Below are positions 1 to 12,334 of a stretch of DNA of 64,000 bases, piece after piece; the first letter of the stretch is position 1, and every line of letters starts with the position of its first letter. The notes under the pieces were generated by a model. That model saw nothing but the letters and a program-made list of their open reading frames with translations. It did no database searches and was not told the DNA's origin. Source of the DNA: Heterodontus francisci (lineage: Eukaryota). Made by a program: the position numbers and the translations under genes. The stretch is taken from assembly GCF_036365525.1 (NCBI RefSeq), contig NC_090416.1, forward strand, positions 14,914,945-14,978,944, in the 5' to 3' direction.

Positions 1-249
1 TCATCAAACATTTTGTAGTTCATTCAGAAACACACATTTTAACAAATGAAAGGGAGTCCCAACACCAGAGTCATTTGCTGGCCACGTGGCTGCGAGTGTG
101 GGAGGCAGGACATCTGTGGCGATCTTCCGCTATGCGAGAAATTCGCACCCGGTCGGCGGGGGAGCCGGCCAATAACTGATGGGTTGCCAGAGCTAGTCCC
201 AGCAGGGAGGTTAATGGTGCCATTTGTAAAGGCCAGTATGCAGCCTTAA

Positions 250-1140
250 TATTCGATGCACACAGAGAAGGCAGGGGAAGGGGTCTACCAGAAGGGAACT
301 TGTTCTGGAATGGCTGCAGTGAGAGGAAGTGTTGTTCCACATTTCAGTGACGCCTCCCTGAAGGTGTTCCTGCAGGTGGTGAGGGAACGGAGGGAGGTTC
401 TCTTCCCAGTGGAGGAGGAGGCGAGAAAGCCTCATAAAGAAGGTCTGGCTGGAAGGGGCCAGGAAGTCAGCAGCTGCGGGGTCGTCAGGCAAATATGGGT
501 GCATATTTGCTGGAAACGCTTCAATGACCCAGTGAGGTCTGGCAAGGTAAGTGGCATGAATGCTGGCAAGGTGTCAGCCCTGCCTGTCTTATATGGCGGC
601 CATGAGATGTGAGGAAAGATGAATAACTCAAGCACAGGGAGTCATTAAGGACCACTGTGTGCAATGAGCCGCAGTGTAGTCTCATAATATAGATGGAGGA
701 GGAACCGATGGAGATTGGGTGGGTGGCAGCAGGTCAGCCTGTCACAGAGAGTGAGGTGGGTGTGGAGCCCAGACAGAGTGAGAACAGCGATGGTCATGGT
801 GCCAAACCTTATCACTAGTGCTTGCAGTGATGTCTCTGTGGCCCTTGATAAGCACGTGAAGCTTTGGATTCTGGTCAAGCAGGAGCACGTGGGTGGATAT
901 GGATGTTGGTAACACCACTCTCTGCTCTTCTGCAGGACCAGTAGCGGATGAGGCGCCACCGAGGGCACTGGAGTCACCTGAGACCTCAGGAGAGGTGTCG
1001 CCACCTGAGGAGGAAATGTTGGATCAGTGCAGTGCACCCTGCACTAGCATAGATACTCTCATGTCTGTGGACATTGATGTACGTTTAGAATGGGTGGCAC
1101 CAGCTAGTGAGAATGGCTCAGCAGGTCAGGCAGCATCAGT
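250..1140 (+). mobile_element. Degenerate PIF/Harbinger-type transposon remnant (Myb/SANT-like gene)
   Basis: PHFSDASLKVFLQVVRERREVLFP..EVSS..CWKRFND..SGK resembles the Myb/SANT-like accessory protein of Harbinger elements. Paralogous copies elsewhere in the window. Confidence 0.6.
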
Positions 1141-4100
1141 GGAGAGAGAAAAAACTTGCATTTAAACGTAGTAAAACCTCGCAAGGCGGTTCAGCGGAGC
1201 ATAATTCAGGACACTGAGTGCAGAGAGGTGATGGATGAACTAAAGCAAACCTCCTTTGATGCAATTGCTTGTGACCTTTACTGCAAAAAGTGCAAACAAA
1301 TCACAATCTGCTTTAATGATGTTGGTTGATGAATTAACATTGAACAGGGCAACCCTGCTTCTATTCAAAAGAGGGCATGAGTTACCTTACGTCTGTGAGG
1401 GCGCAGATCAATGTCTCATCCAAAACCCGACACATCCGACAGTGCCGCATTCCCTCAGTACTGCGCTGGGAGTGTCAGTCTGCATTTTGTGCTCAAGCCT
1501 ATGGAGTGGGGCTCTAATGAACAATCTTCCGAATCAGAGGTGAGCAGAGGATCTTGTTATATTCTCTAACTGCTGAACTGAATACTCTCCAAGTAGAATT
1601 GTCAACCACAAGGGCAAATATGGACAGAAAATCCTCTACTGAACCAACCGGCACTTGGCCACTCCTGGGAAGGCGTGAATGCCTTGGATAATACCCGGGA
1701 ATTAAATCCAATCCACAGTAAAATTGTACAGACGGTATCTGCACATGTGTGTTTCAACATAACATACACCTTGCGGAATAGGTTTGCACACACTTATTAT
1801 GTTCCAGAATAAAATGAATTCCAGTGCTAACACATTATAATACATAGACACTTACCAGCATTAAATTGCATCTGGCATTGGTTTGCCAATTTCACCAGTC
1901 TGTATATCTCATCGTGGGTCTGCTATCATTATGCTCACTATTTGTTGTATTGCCAAGTTTTGTATCATTTGCCAACAAGTACTCCTTCTAGCAAAGTCAT
2001 ATATATGTTCCTAATCCGCTGCCCTAGAGGACCCCACTGCAAACTTCCCTCCAGTCAGAAAAAAAATCTGTTCATCACTACTCACTGCCTCCTATCCCTT
2101 GGCCAATTTCGTGCCCAGGTTACCAGCGTGCCTTTAATGCCATTTGCTTCTAGTTGCTGAATAAATCTGTTATGAGGTACTTTGTCAAATATATAATACA
2201 TATGCATAAATTTCATATATAATGAATGAATTGGATAGTTATCTGAAAAGAAAATGTTACAGGGCTCTGATAAAAGGGGAGTGGGACTAACTGAGTAGCT
2301 CTTACACAGAAACAGCACGGACACGATGGGCTGAATGACCTCCTTCAGTGCTGTCGCCATTCTATGATCCTATAACATCCAAAGCACGGCCTACAGAAAA
2401 GATTTTTGTAGTTCATTCAGAAACACAATAGTTTGGGTTTTACCAAATGATTTGGAGTCCCAGCACCAGGTTTATTTGCGGGTCACGTGACCGCACGGGT
2501 GGTTGGCTGGATTTCTGTGGTGATCTTCCGCTATGCGATCAACTAGCACATGGTCGATGGGGGAGTCGACCCGTAGTGTTGCGAGAGCAGGGGGATTAAA
2601 GATGCCATTTCTAGAGGCCAGTCTGCAGCCTTCATCTCTGAACTGGGAGCCAATGCAGGACAGCTAGTGCATGGAGATGATGGATGAATGGGACTTGGTA
2701 GGAGTTAGGACACGTGGCAACAGAGTTTGGATGAGCTGAAATTTATGGGAGGTTGGTCATACTTTCAGTTCGCGGAACTTTCAGCAGCTCTGATGAAAGG
2801 TCATCAAGCTGAAACGTTAACTCTGTTTCACTGTTTACAGATGCTGCTTGATATGATGAGGTGATAGTGATTGCCCTGGATATCAAGCAGCATTTGACCG
2901 AGTGTGGCATTCTGGAGCCCAAGCCAAACAGAAGTCAATGGGAATCAAAGAGAAAATTCACCGCTAGTTGGAGTCATATCTAGCATCAAGGAAGATGGTT
3001 GTGGTTGTTGGAGGCCAATCATCTCAGCCCCAAGCTATCACTGCAGGAGTTCCTCAGGGTAATGTCCTAAACCCACCTTCAGCTGCTTCATAAATGCTCA
3101 CATCCCATGAAAGAATAAAAAAATGAAATCTCTATGATCGCCTTGGAAGCTGCAGCGTCAGAAACAAGAAGCAGCGCCACCTCACGGCAATCGGACGCAA
3201 CTGTAATTGCAAGAACTTGATTCTTTTCTGCCCCTCTCTAAGACACCATGTGTGAAGCTGGAGATTGCTGGGTTTTATGAGGGCCGAGAGAAGACCCTGG
3301 TAGACTAGATATTAGCATCGACCATAAAAGCCTATTAAAACAAGAGACCATCAACCAGTGATCCACGGGGCATCAAGACATTAATGTGTTCTCTAGTCTT
3401 TCAGTCATGCACCGTTATAAGATTCATATAGAAAATACTCAAACAAGGTTAACATGACAGGGGAAGTGGGGAGTTCAGTTTTTTCAAGCTTTGTTTTCAG
3501 GTTAAGTTTACTATACCCGTGACTGATAGCACCAACAGCACAAGGTCGATGGAATGAATGCAGCTTGTTCTGAAAAAACAAAGAGGGACATGTATTTATA
3601 CAGCAGCATTAGAACCTCAGGAGTCCCAAAGCACTTTGTATTCAATGAAGTATTTTTTTAAAAGGTCCAGTCACTGTTGTAAGTTAGTCAATGCGGCTGC
3701 CAATTTGCGCACAGCAAGATCCCACAAACAGCAAAGTGATTTTTTTTATTCGTTCATGGAATGTGAGCCCCGCTGGCAAGATCAGCATTTATTTCCCCCC
3801 CCCCCACCCTCCAAGTTGCCTTTGAGAAGGTGATGGTGAGCTGCCTTCTTCAATCACTGCAGTCCATGAGTTGCAGCTACAGCCACAGTGCTGTTGGCGA
3901 GCGAGATCCAGAATATTGACCCAGGGTTTTGTTCCAGGATAATGAGCCAGATAACCTGTTTTAGTGATGTTGTTTGAATGATCAATATTGAACTCCCCCT
4001 GCTCTTCGTACAATAGTTACCATTCGATCTTTACCTTCACCCGAGAGGGCAGACAGGTCTAATGTCAGAGAACAAGAGAGCCAAATAGCTGAAAAGTAAG

Positions 4101-7100
4101 ATAGTGATACAGAGGGAGAGGCAGCTAGAGAGACTGAGAAGGAGATAGATGAAGTGCAATAAATACGTAACAGGTTAGCCATGGTAAAGAAATGGTAATA
4201 TTTCAGATATAAACTTTATTTTAATCAACATTGAGTATAGAAAGATAAGTAACCCCTTCCTAGGGCCAAGAGAGACTCTGACACCAAGTGGAAGCTCAAG
4301 GTTTAAATGAACTGCAAACTATGCAATAGAGTAGCAGGGATTCTAGAAGGGCAATCTGAGTGGGGCAAGGAGAGACACCACCAAACTCAAAACTCAGAAT
4401 GAAACATAGGGATGCAAGAAATATTGAATGGCTGTCTGAGATCTTGGTGTGGGGGAAAGGTTAGTAAGTAAAAGGTTGCCAAGCAACCGTAGTGGCTTGC
4501 AATCTTGGTCCGGATGTGTTTAAATCAATGTGCGGTTTCCTGTAAAAAGTATGTGCTCTCGTCTCAAGCTATTACATGACGGAAAGTATTGAGTAATGTT
4601 GGGCAAAAGTGGAGAGGATCCATTAAGGTTGACCTGTATCTATCTATGAATGGGTAGATATTTGAGGGTTGGAGAATTGAGGGCCCATGAAAGTTTAAGA
4701 CTGTCAAACACAAGATAAGGCTCAAGGACTGTGCAAGAGGCAGACGGGAACCAGAATTAACTGGATTTTAGAAAAGGAAGAGATGAACATTAATGAGAGA
4801 TAATGAATTTTTTTACTGTAGGCATTTCTGTATCACTTATAAATGTGAAACTGCCCGAGCTGCTGTGAAATCCTTATTCCATAAAGAGCTATGTGCAAAG
4901 AAATTCTTCGTAGAGCATCATGACTAAATGCATGGTACAGTCATTTCTCGGTACCCCGATATGAGTTCTCTTTTTCAGTAGATAGGTCATGTTTGCAAAT
5001 GCTTTGTCGATGATGTACTCGTAAAGTGTTAATGATCCCAGTCTCATTGCTTAGCCTTATTTGGAATTATGCTTTACAAGAATGTGTGAGCATAGTCTCA
5101 CCTTGGCAGCTTCCTTTAAATATTCTCCCTCCTCTTCCATCTGCTCCCAGATTCTGCAGGCACTGCAGACAGAACTAAACCAAGTTGTCACTTCCTGCTT
5201 GACATGGTACTCTGCCCTCTTGTGGTGAGGGTAGCCCGAGTGCTAAACAGGGGCAACTGTGGCTCCGTCCCTCTCCACAGACTTTAGAGACTCCAGGGGC
5301 AGTGTTGAGGGGTGGTCTATTTAAAGTGCTTAAGGTGCTGAAAGGAACTGATAGGGTAGACAGAGTCAAACTATTTCCTCTGGTGGGGGAGTCCAGACCA
5401 AGCGGCACAACATTAAAATTAGAGCCAGGCCGTTCAGGGATGATGTCTGGAAGCACTTATTTACACATAAGGTAGTGGAACTCTGGAACTCTTTCTCTAC
5501 AAAAGTTGGTCAATTGAAATTTTCAAAACTGAGGTGGATAGATTTTTATTGGGTAAGGTGATTAAGGGATAATAAACCACGGCAGGTCAATAGTATTAGG
5601 ACACAGATCAGGCATTATCTAATTGAATGTGGGAACAGGCCCGAGGAGCAGAATGGCCTCCGCCTGTTCTTATGAAATGGTAAATGCCCGGGAATCCTGC
5701 AATGAAGAGCATGTCTCCGCTGTTTCGATTGTATCAGATTTCACCTGAGCAATAACCCACTAGTTCTTTTGCATTACTGGGGATGGCTGATAGGGACACT
5801 GTTCTCAGACTCTTTAAGAAACCATCCGACCTGCAAATTACTGAGGAACCACGACTGGAGGGAATAGACTGCAGCGAAAATTAGCCTTTTAGGCTAGTGC
5901 TACCTCACCTTCAACACAAGAGTGCACCAAACAGTAGCACTCTCTCGAGAAATTCACATTTCCGGTCTAAGCTGCCAGTTCCTCTATGGACAGTTACCAG
6001 CACAAAAACCATGATAACAATAGCAAACCAATGGCAATTCAAGTACTTTTAAATGTGGTGAGAGTTTCTGCCTCTACCACCCTTCAGCAGTGAGTTCCAG
6101 GTCCCTATCACCCTTCTGGGAGAAAAAAAACATTTCCTCATCTCCCTTCTGATCCTGCCGTCAATTACCTAAAATCTATGCTCCCTGTTTTTTGACCCCC
6201 CTTCTAAGGTAAATGGGTCGTCCCTATTTACACTGTCTCGGCTCATAATTTTATACACTTTAATTAAGACAGCCCTCAGCCTCCTCTGTTCGAAGCCTGT
6301 CCAATATTCCCTCTCAGCTAAAATTCTCCACTCCTGGCAACGTCCTCGTAAATCTCCTTTGCACCCTTTCCAGTGCAATCACGTCTTACCTGTAATGTAG
6401 TAACCAGAACAGTACACAGTACTCAAGCTGTAGTTTAGATTTGGCAGTGAGGTATTCTGTCAGTTAATTTTATTTATCCAGATTCACTTTTGTGAACAGT
6501 GAATACCTGAATGGTTCCTGAAATTAAAGAATGGGGATTATATACAGCATTAAGTTGCATTTGGCTTATGCCAGTCTCTTGAACTTTCGGTTCCCTGTTT
6601 ATTGGTTACACATACATCAATTATAATTAAAACAGAAATGCATACTGTGAAATAATTCATTTGCGCACATTAATGTTAGGGCTGCACCTTTTCCAAAATC
6701 TAGTCATTTCATGTTCTCCTGAATTCCCCATTGGATTTATCAGTGACAGTATTATACTTATAGCCCCTAGTTCCTGTCAAGTCTGTTTCTTGCTCTGTCC
6801 TTGAGCCTTATATGTTTCTGATTTACATTCTTAACCCTTCTTCATTGGCTCTGGGTTCTCCATTCCTGAAACCTGTGCTCACCCCTGTTACAGATCAGTC
6901 TTAATGGATGCTATACACTGTTGTCTAACAGTAGGGAATATGTTTCCACTTGTGCAGACAGGAACTAGGGGCTATAAATATAATACAGTCACTGATAAAT
7001 ACAATGGGGAATTCAGGAGAAATTTCTTTACCTAGAGAGTGGTGAGAATGTGGAACTGGCTACCACAGGAAATGGCGAAGGTGAATAGCAGAAATGTATT

Positions 7101-7493
7101 TAAGGGGAAGCTGGATAAACACATGAGAGAGAAAAGAATAGTGGATATGCTGGTGGGGTGAGATGAAGAGGGGTGGGAGGCTGCTCGTCTGGAGCATCAT
7201 CACCAGCATGGTCCAGATGAGCTGAATAGCTGTTTCTATGCTGTTAATTGTATGGCACTTTCTGGAGAAAGGGCCAGTTCACTTTTCCTGATATTTACAA
7301 CCTTTCAGTTCTAGTATCATCTTTGTTAATCTTTATTGCACCTTCTCTAGTGCCTCTATATCCTTTCTATAATGTGGATGCCAGGACTGTGCACTGTAAC
7401 TACAAGTGTGGTCTAACGAATCTGTGTAGAAACGTGGGTCTTTTTGTAAAACAGATACTGTATGTGTACGTGTCAGCCCTCGATCTTGAAAAA

Positions 7494-7507
7494 ACAGGAA
7501 AACCACA
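7494..7507 (+). promoter_or_regulatory. ETS-RUNX composite motif ACAGGAAAACCACA upstream of A1
   Basis: CAGGAA abuts AACCACA about 185 nt before the ATG. The identical 14-mer occurs at 26855, 37381 and 56049, and a 1-mismatch copy at 48941. Confidence 0.6.
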
Positions 7508-7690
7508 GAGAGCTGTCGACCTCGGCACTATTTGCCAGCCCAGTCGTGCATTTATTACAAAACACAGATGCCAGATTACGCAATCCACCCGCTCTTCATT
7601 TCACAGCTACTGGAGCACTGATCTAACGACAGCAAGTTATCAGTGAGTTACTGACTGATAGCTCAGAGATCAGCATCTGGGTCACGGACA

Positions 7691-10600
7691 ATGAGCTTCC
7701 TCGGTGTCTGCGCATTGTCCCATCTCATCCAGGGTGAGATATCCTGACACGTTCTGTCAGAGTGGAGAAAGGTTTGGACAGAGGAAATAAGAAGGTTTTG
7801 ATGCAGCAGGGTCGGTAACCACAGGACACAAATTGAAGATAATTGGTAAAATAGCCAGAGGGGAAGATGAGGAGATTTTTTTTTAACACAGCGAGTTGTT
7901 GTGATCTGGAACGCGCTGCCTGAAAGGGCGGTGGAAGCAGATTCAATAGTAACTTTCAAAAGGGAATTTGATAAATACTTGAAGGGGAAAATTTTGCAGG
8001 GCGATAGGGGAAAGAGCAGGATGGACACAGGCATGATGGGCAGAATCGCCTCTTCCTGCACTGTGGGATTGGATAAGTTGTAATTGCACAATTTTAATTA
8101 AAAAAAGATTTTATTCAGCTAAATTGAAAACTATGTTCTCCAGTCAATGACAATACAGGAACATGGAATTGGATCACTAACACCCGTGAATGAAATTAAT
8201 CTGAAACTGAATTTCCTCCTGGTAGATGAGGAAAATCATAGCTGGAAAATGTGACTTTGAAACAGGCTCTTTAAGTCTCAACTTCAGGCAGTTTCCATGT
8301 TCCTCCCCAGTGAGAAAACTAGATTTGGCAGTGAATGGACTCGGTCTGCGCCTTTGGATAGTGAGGGTAAAAGCAGCGCAACCAGCACGGTGAGCATTTA
8401 GTTACCCAGGACTTTCATTGCGCGCGGGGCCCCCCGATTTTCCCTCATGTGCTGTCCATGCGCTTTTCGATGCAATTTTTAGACTTTTATTTATCTTGGC
8501 CAAAGCTTGTGTTCGGGGGTCGATAACATGATGTGAATATGTTTTGTCTCCTGTTCAGTTGTTGTCTGTCAGACAGTCTTGCCCCAGTCTCCGCCGATGC
8601 AAATAGACTCCGTGGGAAGCCGTGTTAAACTGAATTGCCACCCCGAGAGGGCAGGAGCTGGCTATATCTTCTGGTACAGACAGCAGCACAGGAGGGACAT
8701 GCAGCTCGTTTACAAAGTGAGCAAACACTACCCTCCAGATGGAAGGTTTTCCGGTGAGGTTGATGATAATTCGGCTAATTATGCTCTGGTGATTTCAAAT
8801 GTACAGAGAAATGATTCTGGGATGTATTACTGTGCAACCCGCAATTCACAGAACATGGCCCGAATATTTGGAAATGGCTCCAAGCTGGTGGTTGCAGGTA
8901 AATCTTCACGAATATTTCATTCAGTTAGACATTGACAAATCAATTAAAATGTGTTTTTTAAAACTGTTAATCTGGGTTCGGTTTTATTTACCCACTTTAG
9001 AGGGTCCCCCGGCCGTATTTCTCTTAACTCCGCCGCCGGCTGAAATTTCCTCCATGGAAAGGGTCCCGTTGATGTGTTTGGTAAGAGGCCTGTCTCCCCA
9101 TTCCCTTCCCATCCACTGGAATGTTTCCGGACAGGTTGCCGAGGGACAGACCGATTCCGGGACAATAGATCCAGACGGGACATACAGTATCAGGAGTCAC
9201 ATCAGTGTCCCGGCGGAAACTTGGAGCAGCGGTGTTGTCTGTACTTGCACTGTTCAAATCAACTCTACAGAGAATCTTATCAGTGAAAGTGTCTCATCTC
9301 AGAGAGGTAACTCTTAACAGTGACCCTTTACTAATGTATTTAATGCTGATGTGAGGCTGATTTTATAACTGTAAAACTTTGTACACTACGAACCTCTGTC
9401 TTTCTACGTGTCCATACATAATGATCTCATCATCGACCTATCGCATATCTCTCAATATTCAGTGTTTATCTTTCTGTATGTTTGTCCATCTGTCTTCTCT
9501 ACCCCAGAGAGCTGTGGGTGCTCAGACATTGAGTATATTCATGACAGAGATTCGTAGATTATTGGGCACTAAGGAAATTAAGGAATGTGGGGATTCGACG
9601 GGATAATGTAGTTGAGGCAGAAGATTAACCATGATCTTATTGAATGATGGAACAGCCTCGAGGGGCCGAATGGCCTACTCCTGTTCCCCTTTCTTAAGTT
9701 ATAATGTTCAGCTGGGCCATACTTTCATGGTTGGAGATCAGTCTCGGATTGGTCAGTGCATAAAGTTGGAAGACGTGATTATATTTCCAGTCCGCCGCTT
9801 TCTTGCCGCATGTCTGTATATAATTATCAACTAATCTGCCTGTCTGTCTATCCACTTACCATCCGGCAAATTTGGGTCTGTCTTAGTTAAACTGTGTGGT
9901 ATATGATACCTTATTTATCTATCTATCTGTCTATCTATCTATGCATCCATTTCTGTTCTGGTTAAAAAGTGTGGTATAAGATTCCTGCTCTATCCATCTA
10001 TGTCTGTATCCATCTCTCTACTCTGACTCTCTATCTGTCTCTGTACCTTTGCTCTATCTATCTCTCTATCTGTCTCAATATCTATCGTCCATCGGACTCT
10101 CTGGAATCTCTATTTCTGTATCTATCTTTGCATCCATGCATGTATCTAACTCTGTATCTATCTTTCTATCTAACTCTCCCACTATATATCTAGATCTATC
10201 AACCTATCCATCTCTATTTACTGATCTATATAACTCGATCTCTCTCTATGTATGTATTTCGATCGCTCTGTCTCTATCGCTCCATCTGTCTCCTGGTTAA
10301 ACAGACTGCTATAAATATCTGGTCCATTTACGGATGGTGGAAGATGCAAAACCTATTTCTGATTTGCGTTTAAATTACACATTCAGTTTTGCCAAATTTC
10401 TTCACTTGTTTAACAATTTTTCACAAACTTATTTAATGACTTTTTTTTTGCAAACTCACCACTAGACACCTCCTGCGATTTACCGATTTGCGGGAGTTTG
10501 TCGGCGGCGGCGTTTCTCCTTCTCGGGATGGTTGTGTTCACCGCGGGAAGAAGCTGCAGGAAGCGGCAGTCAGGTACCGATTGTCGGGAGGTGCTGCAAC

Positions 10601-11246
10601 TCCGCGGCGCTCTCAATCCATCCATTTATTACTTCATTATTTGGTCTTTATATGTTGGCAAACTGGTTTAGTGTGAAATGTGGACAGCTTAAGTTTCTCT
10701 TTCTATCAGGCACCATGAACAGTGATGAGGAACTGCCGGATTCCAGACCACGTGCACAAGAAAAGGAGGTAAATATGAATGAAATTGTTACTATTACATT
10801 CCACTGATTTTTAATCCAAGTTTTAATATTCATAGTTATTGTCATATGAGTCTACAATCTTCGCATACAAGGGGGGCAGTACCTAAAATTTAGAGCCAGG
10901 ATGTTCAGGGTTGATGTCAGGAAGCACTTCTTCACACAAAGGGGAGTGGGAATCTGGAACTGTCTCCGCCAAAAAGCCGTCGATATTGGGGTCAAATGGA
11001 AAATGTCAAAACCGTGAGTGATAGATTTTTGTTGGGTAAGGGAATTAAGGGTTACAGAACCAATGCGGGTCGATGCAGTTTGGATACAGATCAACAATGA
11101 TCTAATTGAATGGCGAAACAGACTGGAGGGGCTGAATGGCCTCCTCCTGTTCCTATGATGATTGTCTGGGTTACGGTAATGGTTTCTGTTTTCTCTCACA
11201 GACACTTTACGCTCGCTTGGCGTTTAACGAGAATCCCACATTCTGA
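7691..11246 (+). CDS. Gene A1: non-rearranging VJ-C1-TM-cytoplasmic IgSF receptor (~299 aa, 6 exons: 7691-7733, 8559-8897, 9001-9306, 10466-10573, 10710-10768, 11202-11246)
   Basis: All introns are GT-AG with phases 1,1,1,1,0. Leader MSFLGVCALSHLIQVVVC. V-set motifs KLNC..WYRQ..DSGMYYC followed in the same exon by J motif FGNGSKLVV. C1-set motifs LMCLVRGLSP..W..DGTYSIRSHISV..W..CTCTV. Stalk TSC, TM LSAAAFLLLGMVVFTAG, tail ending ETLYARLAFNENPTF*. AATAAA at 11585. Confidence 0.88.
8559..8897 (+). CDS. A1 V-set exon with germline-joined J-like G strand
   Basis: ORF 8579..8935 has the B-strand Cys, WYRQ, D-x-G-x-Y-Y-C and FGNG. Acceptor ttcag at 8554-8558, donor gtaaat at 8898. Confidence 0.95.
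9001..9306 (+). CDS. A1 C1-set exon
   Basis: PAVFLLTPP..CLVRGLSP..IHW..DGTYSIRS..W..CTC. Flanked by tttag and gtaac; 103-nt intron from the V exon. Confidence 0.93.
9825..10295 (+). repeat. Degenerate (TCTA/TCTG)n tract in the A1 C1-TM intron
   Basis: Visible tandem TCTA/TCTG/TCCA units. Confidence 0.9.
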
Positions 11247-12334
11247 TGGCAAAAGGAAGCGAGCGGTCACGCTCTGCTTCCCGGATATGACGTGCTGCAG
11301 AAAGTTTCCACTGTTTGGCCCGAGAGTCTTTAAGTCGAACAAGTGCAATTCAGCCAAATTTGGGCACAACTTTCCGACTGAACCCAAAACGGAATCTGTG
11401 AATTACCTCTGAATATCCGCTATTCTAACGATGATATATCGGTTGCAGTTTCAGTTCAGTCTCTACGTGTTTCCGCTTTCTTGGATTGGTGATTTTTAAT
11501 TGTATTGTGCATCTTTATACAGCATGTGAGCGGGATATAATTCAAACAATCTTGACAATGTATCAGTGTCCGAGTTACAATTACAATAAAAGAGAATTGA
11601 AATCCAATGATAGGTTTGTGATTCCAGTTGTTTGACAGTTCAGTCTAGATGCGCTCAGGATATCTCCCAGAATTATTTTCAAATACATTTAGAGAGCACA
11701 TGTGTGCGGGCTAAAAGTGGCCAGCAGGACCGACAGGAGAGTTCAGACACTGACTCGGGATTTAAGCTGCATTAATGTTCAAGCTGCAGTGCTAGTGAAG
11801 CCGAGCTTTCTGTGATTGTGTCCTGGGAGTGAAGACTGTTACATTTACTCTTCAAACACAATATTTTAAATCAACCTTCTCTTTGATATTGCAGTTTAGT
11901 GATTTAGGCAGCAAAATTGTGATGGGTTTCACCTCCTATTAGAATCATTGAACTACAGACACAGCACATATGCCGGCATTTAGAAAGAGCAATGCAATTT
12001 AGTCTCACATACTAGAGATCTGACCTTGACTCTGAAAATTAGTTCCCTTCTAGTACACGTCCAAGTAAATGTCAGTGTCTAATATTTCTTAAATCAGAAT
12101 CCATCAGCTGTGACTGAAAACAGTTTGCTAGTGATGCGAAGAATTCACAAACGTTAACACAATCCGCTTTTCACATGAGAAAATCTGGCAAATGTGTGAG
12201 GTAAACAATGGTTCACTGAGATGGGGTGATATATTCAGGGTCAAACTCTTGGATTTGTTCCACCAGTCAATGAGATCATGGTTGATCTGTCTCTTAACTC
12301 CATCTCCTTGCCTTGGTTCCCTATCCCTTAATTT

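Noticed and set aside
256-612. Domesticated Myb/SANT (NAIF1/MSANTD-like) host gene
   Set aside because: The three copies carry different indels and frameshifts, consistent with a decaying transposon duplicated along with the segment.
6002-6010. Perfect RSS nonamer ACAAAAACC
   Set aside because: No CACAGTG-like heptamer 12 or 23 nt upstream, no adjacent gene segment, and not conserved in the paralog (~47406).
8846-8875. CACAGAA in A1 CDR3 as a cryptic RSS heptamer
   Set aside because: No nonamer at either spacing, and absent in A2.
8559-9306. Germline-joined shark Ig light chain
   Set aside because: The C1 exon has a splice donor leading to TM and tyrosine-motif exons, lacks the terminal Cys-stop, has CxC instead of YxC, and the V-C intron is only ~100 nt.
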